A stretch of 64,000 nucleotides of DNA, taken from contig NC_043005.1 in the NCBI RefSeq assembly GCF_006345805.1, positions 32,488,001-32,552,000 on the forward strand, given 5' to 3'. A program made the position numbers and the translations under genes. The notes under the pieces were generated by a model. That model saw only the letters and a program-made list of their open reading frames with translations. It did no database searches and had not been told where the DNA came from. Positions 53,801-64,000 of this stretch are shown in pieces. Each line of letters begins with the position of its first letter. The stretch's first letter is position 1. Source of the DNA: Octopus sinensis. Its lineage: Eukaryota.

Positions 53801-54630
53801 ATTTCAATAAAATTTTAACAGACTGTTACAAATGGCTATAAATGGCAGATTTTTGGATCAGGACGTCAATATAAGTTGGATTTTCTCTGTCTTGGTGAGG
53901 ATTTTTCTATTCCTTGTTTTTTTTCCTCATGGCCTTGGAAATGATGGAGGAAAGCTTTTTATGAAACTTGTTGAGAAATAAAAGTTGAAAATTGTACTTT
54001 GTTACATCAATTTCCAAACTTTTAAAGTTCTATTCATGTTCTGACATCTTTCCCCCTCTGCTGATATTCCCTACCTGTTCTATTTGATACCCCTGTCCCT
54101 ATACTCAAAGTGATTTGAGTTTACCTCTAAAGCCTGTTATGTTTAGCTTTGTACTAAGGGTAGTAAAGTTAAAGTTTTATCAAAGTCGATGAAAGTCCTC
54201 TGGATATAACCCCTCCCCCACTACTTCAGTTACCCTAGGTCAGCAAGGTTTACATAATTGTTTTCTTTCATTTTTAAACCTGTTTGGAACTTTTTGAAAT
54301 TAGAAGAAAATTAATAGAAATTGTTACGGCTCTAAACTGGTTCCACCACTTCTTGAATGAGGGTGGGGGAGGATAGAAGACAACTTGTGACTGGTTGGTG
54401 AATGGAAAAGATTTGTTGGGTAATGGCATAAGATTAATTGATTAAATATTGAGACATACCTCCTCCCCCCCACATACAGTGTTAAAAAATAATTTGATTT
54501 TACTCTTTTCAAATAAAAGACAAATTATTTGGACAACTGAAAATGAATTGTGTTTCCATCACTGGATTTTATGTTGTAATATAGCAATAAATTTACTTTC
54601 ACCATTTTCCAATAGATTAACATCATCAAT

Positions 54631-55150
54631 CCTTTTGTTACCATATTTCTGTTGAAATACACTTCCTTTGTTTCAATTAATTTTGGAAATAATGAACTTA
54701 GGAAAATTACTCTCATTATTAAGTTGGTATTTAGAAACAAATTAACATAAAATCTTGAGAAATTTGAATTAAGATCACTTTAAAAGCAGGCAGTTTGTAT
54801 CGTAGCAACTAGGGTGTTCTCAGGTAGGTTGGTATCATTAGGGGTTAATGTTAAAGACAAGAGGCTGGACACACAGGCACACATTTAATGAATAATGATT
54901 CATTTAGAGCTTTGTTTAAATTATATTTATTCACTGAAAGTATTCTCTTCTCTCATTGCTTCAAGTTAAGTGTGAATGTATGTGATCACTTTAACCTTTT
55001 TATTATGACGTTTCTGTTGAAATGGAATGCTTTTGTTTCAATTAATTTGGAAAATAATGAAGGATTTATCAAAATAACTGTCACGTCTAAGCTTTGGTTT
55101 GGAAGATAAATTAACATGTAATTTTGATAGGTTTTAACTCAGGTCACTAT
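54631..55150. mobile_element. Two same-orientation TTAA MITE family A copies (54631-54844 and 54995-~55150)
   Basis: Shared TTTCTGTTGAAAT...TTTGTTTCAATTAATTT.G.AAATAATGAA body. Confidence 0.7.
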
Positions 55151-56844
55151 TTGGGAATGGCATGAATATAACTTTATAATGAATTGTCTACCTCTCCTGT
55201 ATTATAAACTGTGGTGGTCATTGAGTGCAGTCAGTGTGTCCTTTCACCAAAGAGTGCTTTACAACCACCTCCTTTACATTCTTGGTATGTTTTGAAGGAG
55301 AGAGAGAAAACAACTAATTAAACACAAATTACTTTTGTGCAGTGCTCTATTAACAATGTTTTCTCATCCTGTCCCACCTAGTATGTGTCCTCATTTTACA
55401 TATTTGCATGGATTGCTGCTTCCTATGTTAAAAAACAGTCAAAAATACAGAATGGAATTATATTGAACCTTTGTGTATCATCATCATTATTTAGCATCCA
55501 CTTTCCATGCTGGCATGAGTTGGACTTTTTTTTTTCACTGGTAATATGACGGTTAACTTGTATTTTAATTCCATCAAAGACTTTTTGGGAAAATGTCTAA
55601 AATATGGTACTGTTGTTCAGGGTTTAAATATTACATTTCTCAGAAAGATCACAGCTCCTCTGAACTCCCAATACCTCCATAGCATCTCATTGACATTTGC
55701 TGTCCCCCTTGTAAATTCCCTATGTCCTGAGGGGGTAGAGGTGCTACTGTCCAGTTTCCCACCCATCATCTTTTGTGTATAAAAAACAAACAAAAAACCC
55801 CTTGTTTAACAAATATCGTTTGAACATTTTTTTCTTCATTTGATATGTTTGCTTTTAGGCCTTAAATGTTGGTAGTGTAATATTAGATGGCTCAAGTTTT
55901 TCTGATATGATATTTCATTGTTAACTCCACTACTACTGCCACCATCTCAGTAACATTATTCTTGGTGCAATTAACTGACCTCAGTGTCACTAGTATTTAT
56001 ATCCCACTCTCACTGTGCAATGTTATGTTGTCTTTCTTTGTCACTTTTTCTCAATTCATCACATTCTACCCTTCTCTATCTTTTCACCCGTCACAATCTT
56101 TTACTCTCTCTACTAATCTTAATGATATAATTCTACATTCATTCACGATTTTGTTGTCATGTGATCACTGTCTCCTCATCTTTGACTATAATCATTAAAA
56201 ATATATATATATTTTAATTCTCCGCCCTTACAGTGTTATTGATAAAACAGACTGTGCTGTTAAACATTACTTCAACATTTAGTGATGTTTGGATCTGATG
56301 TCTTTGTTTTTGTTACTTAACATTTTATTTGCATAAACTCAGTCATAACTTGCACTTTGACTTTAGCTTACCTAATTTCTCTGATCATGTCATCATATTT
56401 ACTCTTTGTCTCTTTCTAACTATAATAGCAACAATCTTGGTGCAATTAATTGCATTTGAAGTTGTTAGTGGAGAGGATTCTACATGATGCAGTATTGATA
56501 AAGTCTATATGTTTTATTTAATTTCACTAAATCAACCAATCTTACTTTAGAGAGACTTATAGCTAAATTGTTTCCTCCTTCCCTCTCTACCTCCATAACT
56601 AATTTATTGGGAAACTACTTGTTTACTCAGACTGTGGCAGAATTGGTTGAACCTACAGTTTCTGAGTTCAAACTAGAGATGACTTTAGGTTTTACCCTCC
56701 TGAAATTAATAAAATAAATTCATATAAGATACGGGGGTGGGGTGAAGCTTCAAAACCAAGCTAAATATATGTCTCTGATTTGTTTAATTTGTTTTTGGTG
56801 ATTTTTAGATTCATTTTCTTTTTCTCTAGATACTTTGCTTAGTA

Positions 56845-57165
56845 TCTTACTATAACGGGTGTTATGTCCATCTGTCCACTCTTCACGGTAAAACGGTTGG
56901 ACCAGTGGTCATGATGCTTTTGGGATTATGATGGAGGTAATCAGGAAGGTTTTTAGTGAAAAAAAAAAAAGAGTGAAAAAGTATGATTATTTAGTGTATA
57001 TTGAGTTTTGTATTAATTAATCACTTTTGATTTTTTTTGTTAAAATTCCGGTGTTGAGGATTAACTCTGGATCCCACCCCCACTCATGTATAGTTTGTGA
57101 ATTTAAAGGGTTTAGATTTGCAACACTATCCCCTTATTTCCCATCGTAGATGGGCAGATTTGCTA
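56845..57165 (+). mobile_element. Short non-autonomous Helitron
   Basis: A|TCTTACTATAACGGG start; 3' hairpin CCCATC-GTA-GATGGG followed by TTTGCTA. Confidence 0.75.
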
Positions 57166-58265
57166 TCTTACTATACTGGGCATTATGTCTGTCTGTCTTC
57201 CCTCTTCACAGCCAGACAGCTGGACCATTGGTTACAATATTTTTCGGAATTACAAAGACAGTTGCCAGGAAGGTTTTTAGCTTTAAAAAATCAGGAAGTA
57301 TGATTGTTTTGTGGATATCAATCGATAAGTCACCTTCACATTTTTATTAAAAATTCACCAACCACAAGTAACTCTGGATTTTCATTGTATAGTTCATGGC
57401 ACCATCGTAGATACAAAGGAAGTAGCAAGGACGGTTAATAGTGAAAATAAAATGGAAAAAGTGTGTGTCAGTATATAGTGTGTGTGATTATTTAGTGGTT
57501 TTTGAAGTGTGTCAGTCTCGAGCAGGATTCAAAACGGCTAATTGAAGTGGCTGTTGTTTACATCTCAGTTTTGTCAAACAAAATAACCCATGGTGCCAGA
57601 ACATCCAGACATTATTCGCATAGAACAATGAGAAGTAAGTCTTAGTTTGATTTTTTGCAACCCTAAAGATTCCATTCGTGTATTCACAGCAAACAAGGCA
57701 CAGGGCCAGACTTTAGATCATGTAGGTATATTTTTATCCACTCCAATATTTACACACAATCAGTGGCACATCACTATGAGTAGAGCAACAGACTCCAGCA
57801 ATTTAAAAATTAAGTGTCGACCAAACAGAAAATATCACCCACAAAGAAGTTTTGTAATCATTTTGATATTATTGAAAGGAATGTGTTTCATAATTTAAAT
57901 AAGGAAATTTGTATAAGAGTGTAAAATAGTGTAAACAACTATCTAAATAACATTTTTTCTTAATACTTTTATGTAGTGGTCAAAAGAAGCTCTGGCTTTC
58001 ATTAGGAGTGATTCACGTAACCATTCATGATACAGAGGCTGGGAGCCTATTTCAGTTCAGGAGTGAATTGTCATCACATATCACTTAGTCACAAACACAT
58101 GTCATATAGCTGCAATAGAATGCTGTATTACCAACAACAATGTGATTTCTCTAAGACATCACCCAGTAATCTACCAAGTTCATTGACACATTTCTCAATA
58201 CATACTGCCTTTATGACTTCCCTCCCTCATTTTATGCCTCCATCGTAGATGGGTAAACTTGCTAG
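57166..58265 (+). mobile_element. Helitron deletion derivative carrying a PIF1-helicase C-terminal remnant (~57670-57860)
   Basis: TCTTACTATA start; TANKAQGQTLDHVGIFL..PIFTH.Q....MSRAT (PIF1 motifs V-VI); hairpin CCATC-GTA-GATGG followed by CTTGCTAG end. Confidence 0.85.
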
Positions 58266-58773
58266 ATACTAGGGGTGGAGCTTCAAAACCAAGAAAATAA
58301 AGGTTTCAGATATGTTTTGTTTGTTTTTGGTGATTTAAAATCATTTTCTTTTTCTTTAGATATTTTGGTAGCTTCTAATGCCAGTTTCTAGCACCAACTG
58401 TTGTAATATTCTATATCTGGCCATATCTCTGTAAACATTATTATCATCATCATCATCATCATTATTTAATGTCCATGCTCCATACTGGCTGTGCCCAGAT
58501 GCTTTAACATTCTCCATGAACACACCTCTACAAACCATTTTTCTCATCAGTCAGAACATCTGACCTATGCAATTAATGTGTCTTATAGAAGAGACTCACC
58601 TCACAACATTATTATCCCCTCACAACATTATTATCCTCAGTGAAAACAGTTTCATCTTAGACCAGAAATGGTGTTGTGATCTCTGTAATCCCCACAATGT
58701 TATCAGTATCATTAAAAAATGCTAAAGACCGATTTTCTAATGATTCTGACTATTTCTGTAGTAACAACACTAG

Positions 58774-59130
58774 ATCATCATCATCATCACTATCATCATC
58801 GTTTAACATCTGTATTCCATGCTGGCATGGGTTGGACAGATTGACTGGGGTCTGGCAAGCCACGAGGCTGTACCAGGCTCCAATCTGATCTGGCAATGCT
58901 TCTACAGCTGGATGCCCTTCCTAATGCCAGCCACTCCGAGAGTGTAGTGGATGCTTTTTATGTGCCACCGGCACGGAAGCCAGTCAGGCAGCACTGGCAT
59001 CAGCCACATTTGGCTGGTGCTTTTTAGTGCTACTGGCACAGGCAGTCAGGTGGCACTGGCAACGACCCATATGTAAATGGTGCTTATTGTGTGCCACCAG
59101 CACAGCGATCAGTCAGGTGGTACTTGCATA
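58774..59130 (-). mobile_element. RTE-LINE 3'UTR fragment
   Basis: Reverse match to 32750-33004; (ATC)n tail on the left. Confidence 0.85.
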
Positions 59131-59211
59131 AGTGATTAATGCAATACAAAAAAGAAAAAAAACTTACTGTGTTAATGGACAGTTTACCTGAGAAGCATCT
59201 CAGCAGACAAA

Positions 59212-59510
59212 TCATTCATCATCATCATCATCATTTAATGTCTGTTGTCCATGTTGGCATGGGTTGGGCAGTTTGACCAAGGTTGGAAGGCTGCACCAAA
59301 CTCCAGTCTGATTTGGCATGGTGTCCTAATGCCAACCACTCTAAGAGTGCAACGGGTGCTTTTACATGCCACTGGCATGGGTGTCATTTGTGTGACATCG
59401 ATATCTGTCACGGCTGTGATTTTTCTTGGCTTGATGGGTCTTCTTCTTAAGCACAACATAATGCCAAAGGTCTCAGTCATTGCCTCTGTGAGGCCCAACA
59501 CTTGAAAAGA
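59212..59510 (-). mobile_element. RTE-LINE 3' end (ORF end plus short UTR)
   Basis: LGLTEAMT..-like ORF end and the shared terminal motif. Confidence 0.75.
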
Positions 59511-60561
59511 GCTCAGCCACTTTGCCTCCGTGAGACCCCCTAGAGCCTTTTTCAGCCAAAGCCAATAGCAGTCATTTATTCCCTCTTACCTTCCTTTGTC
59601 TCTCTTACTCTGTGTGTGTGCATATGAGGGAGAGAAGATTGCATGTATGTGGGTGTGCAAATGTTTGTGTGTGTGTGTGTCATGTATTTGGTGTACCTTT
59701 TATCTTTACCACTCACCTACCACTGCTTGTCAATTTCTATGTTCCTCTTCTTATGTTAACTTGCATTTACTGTCTCCCCATCTCTTTATATGATGCAAAG
59801 TGTGGCAGGAGAAACCAGCCAAAAGGTTATTATGAAATAGAGATCAAATTTTTTTGCTAAAACTGCTTCAGTTTAAATTGTGGAGAAAGTAATATTGGTT
59901 TCAAATTTTGGCACAAGGCTAGCATTTTGTCCTGTATTTTGCCCAACATACCAACAATTCTGCCAGCTTGCTACCTTTGTAGAGAAAGTAATATTGAATA
60001 AAGAAAAAGACACATATATATAGTAGTAATGATGATCATAACAATAGCAATAATAGTATTATAGTCATGAATGATGTGAAGAATATTCCATTTTTCAGGC
60101 TATTATTAGAAGTAAGAAGTAATTCTAGTCTGGGATCAGGATTGCAATTAGCCAGAAGTTTACTGTTATATCAAAACAGACTTTGGAATATTATATTTTT
60201 AATGCTGCTGACAATGCCAGATTGAACGGTACTGCCCAGGTGTCAAAACCACAGTGGGCAGTGATGATGGGGATGCACATATATTATGCTCAATTGGGAA
60301 TTTCTTATATCTTAGACTTATAAATTCTGGGTTGTCCTTCATTCTTGTGAAATGCAAAGTTTGTAGATTCATTGTTTGTGGAGATTGCTTACTTTGGTAT
60401 TGTTTAGTTTTCTTAATAGGTAACCTAATTAGGCTTAGACAATGCTTAGTTTAGGAAGATTCTGTGGCACACACATTCATATATATGTTGTTATATTTGG
60501 GGAGTGTCACTTTTAGCCAACAAACCAGATGCATTCCACATGCCTGTTCCTAACTTCATCC

Positions 60562-60607
<46 letters not shown>

Positions 60608-60652
60608 CTTAATCATAATCATAATAATCTTAATCATAATCATAATAATCAT
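60562..60652. repeat. (TAA)n/(AATCAT)n microsatellite
   Basis: Direct inspection. Confidence 0.95.
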
Positions 60653-60986
60653 AAAGATGAAATGAAGAACAAGCACATAGAGTGCATGTGGTTGATTGAC
60701 CAAAATATGACCATCCCCAAATATAACGAGATTGGATTCAACACAATTTCACATCAGGAATTTTGCAAAGCAAATGCATAAATATTCATCCATCTATCCA
60801 TCCGTATGTATGTATGTATGTATGTAACTCTTTATTAGTGAACTTCTAAGGATTTGAAATGTCAGAAAGACAGGCTAACAGACAAAGAGAAAACAAAAAA
60901 GAAGATTCAGTTGGAACTTTCCAAAGTTCAAAGAATAGACTAAGTCTTACTTATGATGCTCCAGATTAACATCCCCAAACAGTAAA

Positions 60987-61309
<323 letters not shown>

Positions 61310-62040
61310 TGGGGTGTGTGCAAAAGCAGGCATACAGCCAAAGTAAAAGAAAATACACACAAAACTCATTTATTTTTATCAAAAAATTAATAGTTTATGA
61401 TAAAAGTATTATTATAGTTATGATAAATGTATTATTATGATTAATGACACTGGAAATATCAAACATGAGGTTAACTTTTAATTTTTTTTGATAAAAACAA
61501 ATGAGCATTGTATATGCATTTCCCTTTTCACAACTGTATACCCACCTTTGCATCCACCCACCTGTATATAAATCTATATATAAATACACACATTTATATG
61601 TTTGTCTACAGACATATGAATATGTTGATGGGAAGATATATTTGCAAATGTGGCCCTTGCTGGAGCTAATATTTCAGTGAGTTGATGTGTTCATACTATT
61701 ATCCGTTCAAATATCTGAAGTAAAATCATTAATTTCTAATTACCAGGCACAAGAAATTAGGGTAATATTTAGTTCTATAAATGAATATCTTTCATTCTAA
61801 AATAACATAATGGTGGTTACTGGGAAAATAGGTGTGTTTAGCCACAGTAGGCTCATAATTCTGATTGTGTTGGGTCTCAGCTTTGGTAAAGTGAAAAAAC
61901 TCACATGCCCTGTCACTTAAATTGTGTGTGTGTGTGTGTGTGTGTGTGTTGTGATAATTTAGTTTTGAAACTATGAAAAAGAAATTTGAACTTAGGGAAA
62001 AATATTGCAAAATTTTTTGTTCATTTTTTTTTACAGTTAA

Positions 62041-62852
62041 CCCCTTAATGGATTATCCTGAGTTTACTTGTGCATCGCAAATGTATCTTTTTAGAACCAG
62101 ACAAGTATACTTGGCCAAAATTAATTTTTAATTTTAACACTCAAATGAGTTTGTTTTGTGTTGTTTCATTTTTGAGCAATCACAAATTTACTCACATTGT
62201 TTAAAAAAAATAAGTATTTTTTCATTTGATGGATTTGGCTATCTGGAATGCTTATGTTTTGTATAAAGTATCTCTGAAAACTTCAGCTTCTGCTATGAAA
62301 CCACTGAAATCTAGAATGCAAATAATCACCAAGATTATTGAAAAATATAGGCCCTTATTGCCTTCCACGAAACCAGGAAGACCATCATCGATCCCACATC
62401 CAACAAGATTTGCCCCAGCTGGTCAATTTCCTATGGAAATACCACCAAGTGATAGGAAAAAGAACCCTACAAGACAGTGTGCAAAATGTGCAGAGAAGAG
62501 AGACACCAAAGGAAAGAAGATACATGTGTGATGTCTGCAAGATAAATTTGTGTGTAACTCCTTGTTTTAAAAATTATCATTCTAAATAAACTATCTCATT
62601 TTCAAAAAAATTTCCTTTGATTTAAAAACAATGCATCTTATAAAAAAATCCAAGATAGTTAAGTTATATGTATTTTTTCAATGTCTGAGTTAATTCGTTT
62701 AAATCAAAATGAGTAAAAGTACATTTTAATTTCTATAATAAAAAATAAAGGAAACAAGATAAAAAACTTTTTTTGTAATTAACACAGTATATATAATTAA
62801 AAAAAAATATTCTCTCAAATGAAATGCCATGTCAAAATAATCCATTAAGGGG
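62041..62852 (+). mobile_element. piggyBac internal-deletion derivative
   Basis: Perfect 16-bp TIRs CCCCTTAATGGATTAT / ATAATCCATTAAGGGG; TTAA TSDs at 62037-62040 and 62853-62856. Confidence 0.93.
62200..62589 (+). pseudogene. piggyBac transposase C-terminus with cysteine-rich domain
   Basis: FFHLMDLAIWNAYVLYK...RQCAKC then, after a frameshift, YMCDVCKINLCVTPCFKNYHSK*. Confidence 0.88.
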
Positions 62853-64000
62853 TTAAGGAAAACTGAGGCAGCTTAAATATTTCATCGCTTAAAACTAATT
62901 CACTTTTACTAAATAAATAAATAAAACTAAATAAATGCTAATTCTGTTTCACTTGAAATGGTTTCTAATTTCTAATTTTTCTGAAGTTTGCATTTCTAGG
63001 TCGCTTATGAATCTACCTTAGCTGAGACATATTTTCTTAATATGAGTTTAGTTCTGCTATATAACTAATAATTGAACCAAATGAAACTTAGTTTACTAAG
63101 TGTTTAATGTTACACAAATTGGTTATACTTTGCTCTAAGGTGGAATAACCCCTCCTTCCCTGATTATACATATATAATGTATGTGTGTGTGTAAATATAA
63201 TAAACTGTAGCAAAATTCCAGCTAATTAAAAATGATCTGTATTATATTTCATTGATGAATTCCACTGAGTTATTAAAGACTTGAAACATATTTGTGATAA
63301 GATAGAAATTCTTTTTCAAAACTATTTTCTCTTAAGTAATAAATTAAAATTGATCACAATACACCATGTAACAATCTCTCTCGCTCTCCACACATCCTCA
63401 TCTATACCACACTAGTGTTCTTTCATTGCGTTCACTTTATCACCTCAGTTCTCTTTTGCCACTCTCTCTTCCAATGGCCTCTTGGTCATATTGTTTGTAT
63501 CCAATCTCATTATCTATAACCATCATTTAGCTGTTCCTCCCTCCTCTCCTTCTATTTTTCTTTTCTAGTGTCTTGTCATCACTCTGGTTCTTCTTTTCCA
63601 TTACCATCCTCTCTGCTCTGGCTCTTTTCTCACCCTGATGTGTAGGAAAGAAGGGAATGAATGCATAGAGACAACATTAGAGAGAGGGACTGTTCTAGTT
63701 TAGCCAGAGAAGGAACTCTGGTACAGGTGAAAGAACACATGGTGACAATGTAGGGTAGAGAGGACTCCCTAGTCCTGTTGAAGACAACCTTTGAAGTGCT
63801 GGTGCTACAATAAAAGAAACTGATTACACTTTGTAAAGTGATTGAAATTAGGAATGGTATCCTGATGTAGAAAAGGAACATAAGAGCAAGTTGTGAACCT
63901 CTACCCGACTACAATAGTGTTATAATTATTACAATGTTGGATTATTAATAACGCCCACTTCGGTATACAGTATACTTAGTAAAACCAGTAAAGACATGAC

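Overview
AT-rich, repeat-dense eukaryotic DNA, not prokaryotic. The SINE and LINE repertoire and the very long (TA)n tracts point to a coleoid cephalopod, most likely Octopus (recognised by eye, not by search). I find no intact protein-coding gene; most long ORFs in the track are translations of microsatellites. The window looks like a large intron or intergenic region full of decayed transposons: a MULE/FLYWCH element with repeat-built TIRs and an 8-bp TSD (1198-3241), a complete decayed Tc1 (19279-20527), a piggyBac deletion derivative (62041-62852), Tigger and R4/Dong fragments, several Helitrons including a head-to-tail pair, many RTE-LINE 3' pieces, three tRNA-derived SINE types and TTAA MITEs. 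Three isolated + strand micro-exon candidates hint at a host gene. The best candidate for something undescribed is a ~62-nt structured-RNA module (hairpin plus possible pseudoknot, with compensatory changes) repeated in variable copy number in the RTE 3'UTRs. No CRISPR array or Fanzor/TnpB gene is supported.
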